Origin: the human T2T-CHM13v2.0 reference genome, Homo sapiens
Strand: one strand, 5' to 3'
Assembly (NCBI RefSeq): GCF_009914755.1
Contig: NC_060926.1
DNA: 64,000 nt
A program made the position numbers and the translations under genes. Within the stretch, counting starts at the first letter, position 1, and each line of letters starts with the position of its first letter. The notes under the pieces were generated by a model. That model was not told the DNA's origin. It ran no database searches and saw nothing but the letters and a program-made list of their open reading frames with translations. Below, piece by piece: positions 42,690 to 56,420 of this stretch.

Positions 42690-42910
42690 CTCTCTCAGCC
42701 TCAGCACTGGTGACATCTGGAGCAGAACAGTTCTTGGTCGTGGAGACGTCTTCTCTGTTGCAGGACAATTAGGAGCATCCCTGGCCTCTCCCCACCAGAT
42801 GCTGGAAGCACCTCTTACCATGCCCCACCCCGGCTGTGACAACAAAAAAATGTCTGCACACATTACCAAATGCCTCCTGGATTGGCAGGATGGCCCTATT
42901 GAAAACACTG
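42690..42910. mobile_element. MER20-like hAT DNA transposon
   Basis: ctcagcactggtgacat...agcatccctggcctct...gtgacaacaaaaaaatgtct...ttgaaaacactg. Confidence 0.75.
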
Positions 42911-44460
42911 CTCTAGAAGCATGGGGGGGTGGATAAATAATAGTATTAAGAATGAAAGAAACATTTTTTATTACCCTGTGCCCTACTGTCTTTGACCTAA
43001 AAGAAAGCTAAGTAAAGAAAGAGAACAGATGACAGAGGTCTTGCCAAAAACATAATCCACTCTTATTTTTTTAAATGGACTAAATTCAGTAAGTCAATGT
43101 TTTTGCATAACTTGGTGATCTGGATACTCTGTGTGGGGTGAGATCCTGGCATCCCTTGATGCCCATCCCAGCTTTCAGCCCTTTGAATAGTCTCCCCTAA
43201 GTGAGGGCATCAAGTCTTCCTGAACCCTAACTTGAAATGCCAGAAAAATGAGTTTGGAGGATATACAGGGACTAGTTTTTAGAAACAAAATCGGGGTTTT
43301 ACAGATGTTTAAATGGGAATATGACAAACTGAGATAGGAAAGAGAAAGAGCCAAGAAGAGCCATTCTGTGGATTGCAGAGGCCCAATTGGTGAATCAACT
43401 GTTGAAGGTAGGCTTCACTGTTCAAAGCCTCCTCCCAGATGACCCAGGAGTCTCTGAGACCCAGGGGTTGGTTGATGAGTTCCTAGTCCTGGGATGGGAA
43501 ACGTATCACACAGCTCTATCTTGGCTTAGCCCTGTCAGGAGAGAGAAGTGAAAGGTTCAGCTTTACTGAAGACTCAGGAACTAAGCAAAGTAGGAACCAA
43601 TAAATTGAAAGATGATTCAGTATTGATCTATTGGTGTAGATATGTGGGTGCAGTAAGTGGTGTTGAATCATTTGCCGAAATAAAAACATGAGAAATCAGT
43701 AAATTGATAGAACTATCCAATTTTGTATTATAGGAAGGCATGTGGGAGAAATAAATGCTCATGTAGAAAAGCATGGCGCATGTGAGAGACGAGACAGCAG
43801 GAAAGGAGGCAGGGGATGTGAATTACAGGCTCTAATGAGAAGCAGCTGTGTGACTCTGGGCCAGTCATTGAAACTGTGAGACTTAATTTTTTCCATCTGT
43901 AAAACACAGGCTCAATCTATTCAAATGAATATTTAGGGAGTACTATGTACCCAGTACTTTTTTAGGCACTGAGAAAAATATCAGTAAACAAAACAAATAA
44001 AAATTCTTATTCTCATGTAGTTTACCTTATAAGGGAGGAGGAGGGTTGAAAGAGATAGTTTCATAAGCTCTTTTATTGCTAATATTCTGTAATCTAAATT
44101 CCTGATTGTGGGAATCAGAGAGTTTTAAAAAGTGTGGGGGGAGGTATATTCAGACTCTTCTAGTCTAGGGAATGCAGTCCTCTTTATAGATCGTCTAGTT
44201 CAGAAAACATTATAAAAGCAGTAACACCAAAGCATTCATAGTTACTTTTGGTTCAGTTAGGTTAAAGACGTTTAAAAGGCAAGTTCTCTATATTCTGGAA
44301 GATTATTCTCAAATGGCAAGACAGATTACAGTCTGGCCTGTCTCAGAGATGTTTGATTAAGAGCCAATGGATATATATTTCCCCTAGAAATGGTAACCCA
44401 TGATACATATCTAGATATTGAATCTGACATATGCGTGTGGCATTTTCATTTCATTAACAG

Positions 44461-44511
44461 AAACTGCCAAGCAAGTTCAAGAAGTTCTATGCGGAGTTTG
44501 AAAGTTTAATG
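44461..44511 (+). CDS. RAPGEF4: RAPGEF4 exon (~27), CDC25-HD
   Basis: ttaacag|AAA CTG ... TTA ATG|gtaagt. KLPSKFKKFYAEFESLM. 51 nt. Confidence 0.96.
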
Positions 44512-45138
44512 GTAAGTGACAGTGGCTTCTTTATTCTGTTCACTGTCTACATTAATCCAATTTCTGATTAGCTGAATTGAAGTTCTCATTTTGGAAATTT
44601 TATCTGTCCTTATATGACTTTAAGAAGTTTATGATCCCTTTTAGTGCTGCTAAAACAAGCATGTCTGACTAATGAATGGCACCCTCAGGAACTAACTTAA
44701 AGAGGACTTATGTCCCACATAAGGTCAATTTGTATAACTAAGAAAAGCAGTGTAATAGCGTCCTCTCCATCCAGCTCAGGTTGGCTATGGGTTGGAAGCT
44801 GCATTTTCCTTGGCTTGCCAAGATTATTTTTCCCCGTTGGCTGGAGGTGTTAGACAGAAAAGGAGTGAGTTGGGCTCGCCGGGAGTGATGGGCAGGTTTC
44901 AGAGGGCAAATCGGGACAGGGATCGGCTGTGCAGGGCAGAGAGTGAGTGAGCCAGACACCCAGGAAGAAGATGGGGCTTCAGGAAAAGGGGAATCTTGCA
45001 GTAGAGGTTTCATTTTTGCTTTCATAGGAAATATCTCCCCTTGGCCCCTGTATGCAAATCTCTTTTTCAAACAAGAAGGGGAAAAGAAAACTCCAAATTT
45101 TTTATGCCATAAGTGAAGTTATTTTAAAACACAAATCA

Positions 45139-45419
45139 GGCCAGGCGCAGTGGTTCATACCTGTAATCCCAGCACTTTGGGAGGCCAGGAAAGGTGGATT
45201 ACTTGAGGTCAGGAATTCGAGACCAGCCTGGCCAACATGACGAAACCCCATCTCTACAAAAAATACAAAAATTAGCCAGATGTGGTGGCCTACACCTGTG
45301 GTCCCAGCTACTCAGGAGGCGGAGATGGGAAGATCGCTTGAGCCAGGAGGTGGCGGCTACAGTGAGTAGTGACTGGGCCACTGCACTCCAGCCTGGGTGA
45401 CAGAGTGCGACCCCGTCTC

Positions 45420-45455
<36 letters not shown>
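45139..45455 (+). mobile_element. Alu (AluJ-like) with (CA)n tail
   Basis: Full dimer 45139-45420 followed by an AC repeat 45421-45455. Confidence 0.93.
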
Positions 45456-45457
<2 letters not shown>

Positions 45458-45596
45458 TACAAATCAATTTGTTTAACTAAGTCTACCTTTCTTTTGTAGC
45501 TATATTTGATTCAGAAATACAGTTGAGCCTTGAATAACTCAGGGGTTGGGGCACTAACACCTCCACCCCCATGCAGTAGAAATATTGAGTATAACT

Positions 45597-46198
<602 letters not shown>

Positions 46199-46669
46199 AA
46201 GCATAACTTTTGACTTTCCCCAAATTTAACCACTAATAGCCTACTGTTGACTAGAGGCCTTACTGATAACATAAAGTCAACTAACACATATTTTGTATGT
46301 TATATGTATTATTATGTACTATATTCTTACAATAATGTAAGTTAGAGAAAAAATGATAAGACAATTATAAGGAAGAGAAAATGTACTGACTGTTCATTAA
46401 AGGGAAGTGTATCATCATAAAGGTCTTCATCCTTGTCCTCTTCTTGTTGAGTAGGCTCAGGAGGAGGAGAAGGGGTTGTTGGTCTTACAGTGTCAGGGAT
46501 GGCAGAGGCAGAAGAAAAGCCATGTATAAGTGACCCACACAATTCAAACCTGTGTTGTTCAAAGGTCAACTGTACCTGATTGTGGGGTGAAAGGCAGGTG
46601 TATTAGGAGGTAACAAAGGGTGGTGTATCTGTCACCAGTCATTACCATCATCTCTTTTTCTCTCCTAAG

Positions 46670-46757
46670 GACCCTTCAAGGAACCACAGGGCCTACAGGC
46701 TGACAGTAGCTAAGCTGGAACCTCCTCTCATCCCCTTCATGCCTTTGCTCATTAAAG
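46670..46757 (+). CDS. RAPGEF4: RAPGEF4 exon (~28), CDC25-HD
   Basis: ctcctaag|GAC CCT ... AAA G|gtaatc. [29 protein letters not shown](D). 88 nt. Confidence 0.96.
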
Positions 46758-47172
46758 GTAATCCTAATAAGATGCACAGGCCAAGCAGGTGATGAGTATT
46801 TGGGGAGGGAAATGAACAATACCTTGATAAGATTGATTACTTAGGGAAGAATGATCGATCCCATCCTTCTGCCTTCTTTGTCATCTCCTCTCAGTCCTGA
46901 CTGTTCAGAAAGGGTCAGAAAGATGACTGGAGGAGCAGAGATCCATGATTTGGAAAACTTGTTAGTGAAACAGAAGATTAGTTTAAAAATTTTACTACTC
47001 TCAGGTGAAGTGATTTAAAAAGTTAAACACCTAGCATTAAAGGAACTATTAACAGCTTTTTTCAACTGTAGTGTTATGCAAATCTGCCAGCATAATCTAA
47101 TGGTGCTATTGTGCTTTCTTAGTATGACATATTTCCATTAGTGATTAGAATGTGGCTTTTATTTCTTTACAG

Positions 47173-47237
47173 ATATGACATTTACTCATGAGGGGAACAA
47201 GACGTTCATTGACAATCTAGTAAACTTTGAAAAAATG
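47173..47237 (+). CDS. RAPGEF4: RAPGEF4 exon (~29), CDC25-HD
   Basis: tttacag|AT ATG ... AAA ATG|gtatgt. (D)[21 protein letters not shown]. 65 nt. Confidence 0.96.
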
Positions 47238-47779
47238 GTATGTGCAGTATTATAACCTTAACCACAATGTGTTTTTAAAATAAAATTTGCATTTTTTCTA
47301 ATAAAGGAAATAATTTCCATATATGCTGCCCTGCTAAAAAGGTAGTTACACATAAAGGAGTTTTGAAATATTTGGTTCAAATTGGCTACCTATTCTATTC
47401 TGTCAGTTCTCTTTTGTGAAATTGAATAGTATTTGTGTGGTGGTTCACAGCAGCAGCTGGCTTTTATGCCGTGTGTTTCTTCCTTGGCAGCCTGTTGCTG
47501 AAATGCACAAATGTTCCTGAGTGACTTCCATGTTGTTGTTTTGCTATAACGTTTGTGGAGCTAGACTGCCCCAGGATGCCTTTGAAAGGTTTATCTGCCA
47601 AGCCTGACTTCAGTGCCCGTAGGTAAAAGGCAATTCTACGCCTTTATTATAGAGGACTAATCTAAATGTGTACTGCTTACCCCAATAAAGTTCGCTCAAG
47701 TTCAGAGAAGGAACATGAAAACCTTTATAATAAAAAGTTTTTAATCTTGTTTTTAACATTTTTATATATTTACTTATTG

Positions 47780-47930
47780 TTGGAGACAGGGTCTCTCATT
47801 GTCACCCTGGCTAAAGTGCAGTGTTGTGATCATAGCCTCACTATAGCCTCAAACTCCTGGGCTCAAGCGCTCTTCCTGCCTCAGCCTCCCTAGGTGCTGG
47901 GATTACAGGCATCAGCCACTGCGCCTGGCC
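47780..47930 (-). mobile_element. Alu monomer (FLAM-like)
   Basis: gagacagggtctc...ctcctgggctcaagc...gggattacaggc...cactgcgcctggcc; single arm. Confidence 0.85.
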
Positions 47931-49008
47931 TAGAAAATTTTTTTCACAACAGATGTGGAACTGGCACATATTCAGTATTTTCTAGCCACCCTCCTCCTAG
48001 TCCTTACTCCTAGCGGGGGGGAAAGCAAGGTTATCTGGCTTAAGTTACTTTGCAGTTTATTTTCTTATCTTCTGTGAAACAATAAAGCAGAGCATGCCAA
48101 AACCTTTCTTTAGCTGCATAGTGCATGCTGATGGAATGATCATTGTCTTCTGAATCCTTTGGCTGCAACCTGGTGGATGGAGTGTTGGAGTGCTTAATAT
48201 CTCTGTGGGTGAGCATTTGCCCGGTCATGAATTGCAGTGTGAATGTGGCGCCGTGAGAAAAGCCGGGGACCTGGAGTCTGGGAGACATGAGGTTCAGTAC
48301 ACAGTTTCATCACTTTATACTTGTCCCTTAACTTCTCTGTGAGTCGGTTTCCCCAACAGAAAATGGGAATCATGCCCAGCCCATCTATCTCTGGATTATG
48401 TAAGCCATAAAGTGCTATAGACTTCTTATCAGAAAACTGTTATTCTAGTTGTTTCTTGAAATCAAGCTGGCACGTGTGACTCCAGGAGAATCTGAAACAC
48501 CCTGCAGTCAGCCTGTAAGGATCTGCAGCATTCAGCCCGGGGAATGCGCTTATTGCAAAGCCCAGTCTGGTCAAGTGCAGCTATTGCTGGGCACTATGTC
48601 TTAAGCTTCTTAGGAAGTAACACGAGTACACACTCCTCAAAGACTCTTTGTACTAGATGGCAAGTATGTCCTCAGCAGTCTTCCTTCCCACCCCTCACAC
48701 CAAAGGCAGGGTATGAACATCTTACTCCTGTGTCAATTTAATAATTGTTTGATCAAAGTAGACAACATTCTTTGCTAACTTATTAGTATGGATAATTAAA
48801 CAATTCCTCTGACTTCCCAGAAAGAAAACCTGTTTTCCAGAAATGAAAGATTTGGCAAATGCGTAAAGAAACTTCTGGATTACTTATGCAGAAATGCAAA
48901 CTGAGGATTGGCTAAGCCACCCATTTAATTATAAAATATACATGTGCACAGAGATGTAGAAGTCAGGGTTTCCTAAAGAGTTTACTGAGCTTTAGAAGTT
49001 TTGATGGC

Positions 49009-49320
49009 TATCATTCTCAGCAAACAGAGGAACAGAAAACCAAACACCACATGTTCTCACTCATAAGTGGGAGTTGAACAATGAGAACACATGGACACAG
49101 GGAGGGGAACATCACACACCAGGGCCTGTCGGAGGTTGGGGAGCAAGGGGAGGGAGAGCATTAGGACAAATACCTAGTGCATGCAGGGCTTAAAACCTAG
49201 ACGGGTTGATAGGTGCAGCAAACCAGAATGGCACATGTATACCTACGTAACAAACCTGCACATTCTGCACATGTATCCTGGAACATAAAATAAAATAAAA
49301 TAAAATAAATTTTTAAAAAT
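49009..49320 (+). mobile_element. 5'-truncated L1PA (L1PA7/8-like) 3' end
   Basis: atgttctcactcataagtgggagttgaacaatgagaacacatggacacagggagggg...ctgcacatgtatcc plus (TAAAA)n tail. TSD AAGTTTTGATGGC at 48996-49008 and 49321-49333. Confidence 0.93.
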
Positions 49321-49720
49321 AAGTTTTGATGGCCAAAGTTAACTAAATTGAACAAATAAGAACAGCAAGGTATGCAAAGCCAGCCATCTGTTGGGGTAGA
49401 TAAAAGTTGTTTCATCTGAGTTTTGAGATCTTGGTGTCCCATCCGTAACCTGCAAGGAAAAGTCAAGGTCACATTCAGTGGATACTAGGAGAGTGCCATT
49501 CCTCTCCCCATTTCTGCACTTCATACCCAGAGCAGTGGATTCCTCCATGCCTAGCACTAAGGAAAGAGATCCTTCCCATCTTGCTCTCACAGAGTCCACT
49601 TTTGCTGAAAAGCAATGAATAGCTACGATAGCCAGCAGTTCAGCTTCATTAATGGAAACCTAAATTAATGATGGCATAAGCAAGATCAGCTTATTTCTTT
49701 CTCACTTAAAAGTTCAAGCA

Positions 49721-50022
<302 letters not shown>

Positions 50023-50439
50023 GTTCAAGCAGGTATGGTAGACCTGCTACAGGATGCGATCAGGGCCCCAGGCTTCTCTCTTGCCAGTTTTACATCCACT
50101 TGGTTCAAGATGGCAACCTCCACCTCCACACTCCAACCACAGGGAAAGGGAAAGGAGAAGGTGAAGGCATGCTTCATCCCTTTTAAAGATAGGGAAGAAG
50201 TTACACTCACCACTTGCCTCATATTTTGTTGCTCAGAAACCTAGTCCCATGAAAGGAAGGCTAAAACATGAAGCCCTTATTTGAAGTATTCATATATCCC
50301 ACTGAAAGTTAAGGGGTTTTATTCATATGAAAGAGAAGGGAAGAAAGGATATCAAAAGAGTACTGTAAGTTCTCTGTTCCAGCCACATGATACATTTTAT
50401 CTCATGTGAGAAATTCTACCATAAGAAAGTTTGATTTTA

Positions 50440-50748
<309 letters not shown>

Positions 50749-52289
50749 GAATTGTCCTTCCACAAGTTAGATGTTACCAGAAAATGAAATGAAATTTCAA
50801 AATGATTTGATTATGTTTTCTAAGCAAGGTGCATGTTGCCAGGTTTCCAAAATTTTCTCCCCATAAACTAACCCACCCCTACCCCCATATCACCACCACT
50901 ACCATCAGTGGCTGCTGTTGTTACTGTGGGTCTTGGGAAAGGCTACATTTTCCTTTTCAGGTTGATGTCAATGCCACTTCCCAGTCATCCATCGTCAAGG
51001 CCCAGGTGCTGAGCAGAGCTGGCAGCCTCTGTGGGGCTGGTGGGCTGGGTCCCCAGAAGGAGCCCCTGCCAGGGGCCGAGGTCACCAGGGTAGCCAGGAA
51101 TACAGATACCTTTTCTTGGTGGCAGCATTGTAGAGTCACAGCAAACCACCATGCCAACTCTAAGTGTTTTTATTTTGTACATCTTCATTCAAAACATTTC
51201 TCTGAAATAGAACCAATCTCCTACATCTTCACCCTTGAGGTATGAAATAAGGATTAGAGAATTTGTTGCTTATTGGTTTTCAGGATTTATGGGTATGAAC
51301 AAAAGAGAATTCACACCCTAATCCTGATGCCAAAAAAAGCAGACATTCTTTTATTTGGGGGGAACATAAAGGAATATTCAAAAAAATGTTTGAATAAAGT
51401 CCTTCCTAGTTCTATGGCATACATGAATATTTATAACATTTAGGAGGTAGACTAGCATGGATTAGAGGATAATATGCTGGCCACCTGCCACTATCCCAGG
51501 CTGCATAAAGCATGCTGATAAGAGATTGGTTCTATTTCAGACATACCCATATTTAGGTATATTTATTTATAAATATGATTTTTAAGGTAGTCATTTTATT
51601 TGGAATGAGAAGCATAGGGCAAACTTTTATACTTCTGTAAACATTACAGAAGCTAATTCATTAAGGAAGAGAAATGTTTTGAATCCTTTTATTTTTGTAT
51701 CACTAAGCATGTCATTACATAATTAGCAACAATATGTTTTCTATCACCAATAATATTATTATAAGATTCATGGAGAGAGCACTTCACTTGTTACCTCAAT
51801 CTATGGAAAAAAAGAATCTCTAAGTAAAAATCTACGTGTTCAAGTCCACCCTATTCCCAGAGCTCTCCAACACAAAAGAAATCTATGGGAGTACTTTGAG
51901 AGTTTACATCTTTGTATAGATTTCCCAGGCCAGGCTAAATGCAGATTTCCAAACGGTATGCTTCAAAACAACATAATGTGTGGAGTGTCCAGGCAAAAGA
52001 ATTTACTAAGAAATATAAACATCTAGAAAGTAACCCTGGGCCTTTAGATTACCTGCAGTTGGGAAGAGAAAACATAAACACATGAAATATTAAAAATCCA
52101 CATAAGATATAAAAACTAGGTCACAATAGTAATAAAAGATGTCAGAAAGCAAAATGCAGGAAAGAAAACTTCATGCAGTTTTATCAATGGAAAATAAAAC
52201 CACATTATATGCAGTGACATAATATCAGAAGATCTAGACTAGCCCTAAGCACCTGTCCAGCCTCATCTGACACTTTGTCTTCTCTGTAT

Positions 52290-52790
52290 CCAGTCCAAGT
52301 TGGTGAGACTGACCTGCCTTCTTCTCCTTTTGGCCTCAGGGTTTTTTGTACTAGCTGTTACCTTTGCCTGAAATTGTCTTCCCCCAGTTGTCTGCTGTCT
52401 GGTTCCTCGTCAGTCAGGCCTCAGCTCACAGGTCCCCTCCTCCAAAATAGTCTTCCCTAACCACCCTTGTGGGAAGGGAAGAAGATCACACATCTTCCCT
52501 GATCTCCCCTCCTCCCTGTGGTGCTAACTGTGCCTGACCTCCGTGTAACACCGTTCTGCGACACCCAGCACTCTCCAACACAACCTTGCCTTGATAGGGG
52601 TTTCACAGCCTGGGATTATCTTCCTGCCTCTTCAATGTCTTCCCTACCAGAATGTAAGTGCCCTGGCCCAGGTATCTGTTTTGTTCACTGATATTTCTCC
52701 AGCACCATAAAAATATCTGACGCATTATTTCCCCAGCACCCATAAAAATGTCTGGCACATCGTAAGTATGCAAGAAGTACTTGTTGAATA
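52290..52790 (+). mobile_element. L2 3' fragment
   Basis: cctcagggttttttgtactagctgtt...agaatgtaag...tgttttgttcactgatat...ctggcacat...acttgttgaataaa. Confidence 0.65.
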
Positions 52791-52896
52791 AAATGTAATG
52801 TTTCAGTGTTGGGCTTAGTGCACGAAAGCATTTTTCAAATATTTTATGTAATAAATCCAAAAGTGTCTTCTATTTTATTAGAAAATTGGATGAATC

Positions 52897-53194
<298 letters not shown>

Positions 53195-54466
53195 TTAACC
53201 AAAATGTCCCAAAGCATTTTGCATAACTGAGACATTATAAAAGATGACTTTCCCTTAGCCTCTGTTCCTAACCAGACATTATTCTGTCCCCCCTCCTCCC
53301 TGTGGTGCTGTGTCTGTCCTCCAGTGTCCCTCCCTGAGTACATAGAGGTATACATGCTCTACACGTGCCTGGAAAGGCACCTGAACTGTCTTCTCCCATG
53401 GTCATCATATATACCACATACCGTAAGCATCATGCATGTGTTACACATGCGTATCTGCATGTCATACACCTCTTGGATACTAAAGATCTGTAGGGAGACC
53501 GGACTCAGGGCTCCTCCTCAATGATGCACACAGTGAAGGCTAGTTCAGCTTCAATTCCCTTTTATCTCTGGTCCTCACTGTGCCTGGCCATTTGGTTGCT
53601 ATCACAGGCACAATCTTTGTTAGGTGAGACACTGTGTATTTCTGGATCTTGTGAAAAAAAAAATTCTTGTCCCAAATATGTGGAGGTCTGAGTGAAATAA
53701 TCAAATGGTGTAAATGTGGTTTTACACATGCTAAGCAAGGAGTAATTAACAAAGGTCCTATATTTGATAGGCATAGGTCTGGAGACAGAATCAAATCGGT
53801 AGAGGCAGAAATGTAAGAAAAAGCAATCTGGCAAACATTAAGAGCAAGGATGGTACAGATCTTAAGGGGCAACAGAAGGAAGATCAAAACTGTTGAGGGC
53901 AGGCATTTAGAAGAGGCCTGACGGTGAGGAGCCGCTTCCTGAGGGATCTGAGCAGAGGCAGAATAATAGGCTAAGAGGAAGGCTATTGTGGCCGCTGTCT
54001 GGGAGCGGGAGGTCCTAGAGTGGTACCAATGAGGTGGCGTGGCCTGGAGGGCCTGCCGGTCAGAACTTGAAGAATGAAGTCTTCTCTTCCGCAGTGGGAG
54101 AGCAAAGGGGGAACTTGGACTAGGGCACAAGAGTCAGTGCAAGCTGGCTAGGAAGGTGGGGGCAGCCACAAAGTCCTGGTAGGCTATGTCATGTCTTTAT
54201 AGGAGTGAAAGTGGAACTTGGCTGGCCTGCTCCTGAGGGGAGGACACCACAGAAGGGTGACGCCTGCCAAGAGCCAGGCCGCAAAGGCCCAGTCTGAGAA
54301 CAAGGTACCTCTGACACCTCAGCGGACTCAAGGGAAATTCCCTGCATCAGAGCTTGAGGGAAATTTGTGTTTGGGATGCCGGCCTCAGAGCCTCTGGCTT
54401 GTGCCAGGCCGAGGTGCAGACAGTGGTCACCCCTTCCTCTGGATGCTGTCTTTGTACTGGTCACTC

Positions 54467-54956
54467 TGATGCAGGCTGACCCCTAAATTGGGGCTCAGCT
54501 GGAGAGAGTTCTTGGCTTTCCTAAGGAAGGAATTTAAGAGCGAGCTGACAATGAAAGACAGCAAGTTCATGAGAGGAACAGTATACAGGAAAACAAGTGC
54601 TCTGTAGACCGAGCAGCGCTGTCTTATAGGCAGGGTAGCACAGAGTAGCACTCACAGAGTGCTGGCCGGCTCTATTTATACCTACTCTAGTTACATGCTA
54701 ACTAAGGAGCGGGTTTTTCACAAACTTTCTGGAAAAGGGGCCAGGAGTTCCTGGAACCATCTAAGGTAGCTTCCCGGTCATTGCCGTGGCATTTGTAAAC
54801 TGTCATGGCGCCGGGGGGCGGGAGGGGGGGTGAGTATTGTCTTATGCAAATGCATTATAATTCCTAGTCCTAGCTGGTTTGGGCTGGTTTCTTTGCTACA
54901 TCAGCAGGGTGGTGACCAAGGCTGGGAAAACAAATCCTGCTGATCTTCTACCTCCA
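54467..54956 (-). mobile_element. ERV1/MER4-group solo LTR (family uncertain)
   Basis: gacccctaaattggggctcag...gttcttggctt...ggaaggaatttaagagcgagc...gccgtggcatttgtaaactgtcatggcg...ctgctgatcttctacctc, recalled as ERV1-class LTR motifs. Confidence 0.7.
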
Positions 54957-55869
54957 CTCTGCAACGCAGGCCCCAGGAAGGACATCTACTTCTGTGCCCC
55001 TCTGTTTTCAGCTCTAAAGAAAAATAGACGCGTGACATAGTCACAGAGTTCTTCACTCACCACATCATTTTTCCTTTCTGCACTTCCCTCCTCGAGTGCA
55101 TGTCCTGAGGGGAATTCATCAGCTTTCAGTTGGGCCCATCTCTAAGCCCTGTAGGCCACGAACTGTAGGAACATATTCATTTTTGCACATAAGCTCCGAA
55201 GACCTGTACTTAGGATTAGTCCCAAGAAACATCAGTTTAAGCGTGGCGACAGGGGGGTTCAATTTGTTCCCCTACACGGATCCGGAGCGCCTTCTAAAGG
55301 AGGCGCTCTAATGTGGGGCATGTTTGCCCCACATTTACTCCTGAATTACCAGTTGCTGTCTTAATGAGCTATTTGCTCAAGGGAATGTGTCATAAACCTC
55401 AGGCTGGCTACTGGGGAAAAAAAGATGAGAATCTGTGCTTTGGAGTAATCAGACACTCCCCCACTCCGGCCTGGCGTTATAGAAAGTTGCCTGGCCAGCT
55501 CCAGGCAGGCCAACCTGCTCTGGCAGGACCATGAAGCGTAGGGTGTAATTTTTGGTTTCACCCCTGCTGCAGCAGTTGGATAATGAACCCTATATCTCTT
55601 TAACCTTTGTTTCTGCCAGGCTAGACTGCGAGCACCAATGAATAAACAGCTGTCTACCGTCAAAAATAACATAGGCTGAAGTTTGTGGAAAGATAGACTC
55701 TAACTAGATGGTTTTAGTTTTTAAAATCCTCCACTCTGGTCCAAGAAATCAACTGTACGTGCACAGAGCAGAAAGCTGCATCCACAGCAGCTCAGCAAAG
55801 GAGGCTGAGAGGTTTAATTCATGAATACTTCAACAGATGTCAGTGGCATGACTTCTTTTTAACTGTAGG

Positions 55870-56420
55870 CCCAGTATAGCATCATCTAGATCAAGGAAAG
55901 AAGAAAGATCATAATTTCTCTGCACTTTACAATTTGTTTAGTCTAGGGCACCATACTAGAGACGGTTTGGAAGAGAACCAAAACTGTCTTATGAAGAATT
56001 GTTGAAGAAATTGAGAATATTTAGGCTGAACAAGAAAAGATCTGGGGGTGTGAAGATATCCATAACAGTTATATCCAAGTATTTGAAGACTTGTCCTGTT
56101 AAAAAGAAATTAAACATGTTTGCTGTTGGGTCATTGCCGTGGCATTTGTAAACTGTCATGGTGCCCGTGGGAGTCTTATGCAAATGCATTATGAGCTCCA
56201 AGGATAAATGAGCGAAAAGTAAAAGGAGAAAGACTTTAACTCAAAATGATAAGTTTTAATAATCAGAGATGTCTAACAATGAAACAGGCTATTTTTGGAG
56301 GTAATGAGTTACTCATTGCTGGATGCATTCAAACAGTGGGAGAGCCACTGTTTATAGGCAGGCTGTAGAAAAAGCATTATGCACTCTGGAGATGGTTCAA
56401 GGAGGTGACTCCTGAAGTCT
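55870..56420 (+). mobile_element. CR1/L3 LINE fragment containing a ~64-bp foreign insert
   Basis: ttatgaagaattgttgaagaaattgagaatatttaggctg...caagtatttgaag...gaggtaatgagttactcattgctgga, resembling the CR1/L3 3' region. Confidence 0.6.

Noticed and set aside
53540-54130. Longest ORF in the track (196 aa, minus strand)
   Set aside because: Non-ATG start, no recognisable domain, antisense intronic; consistent with a chance ORF.
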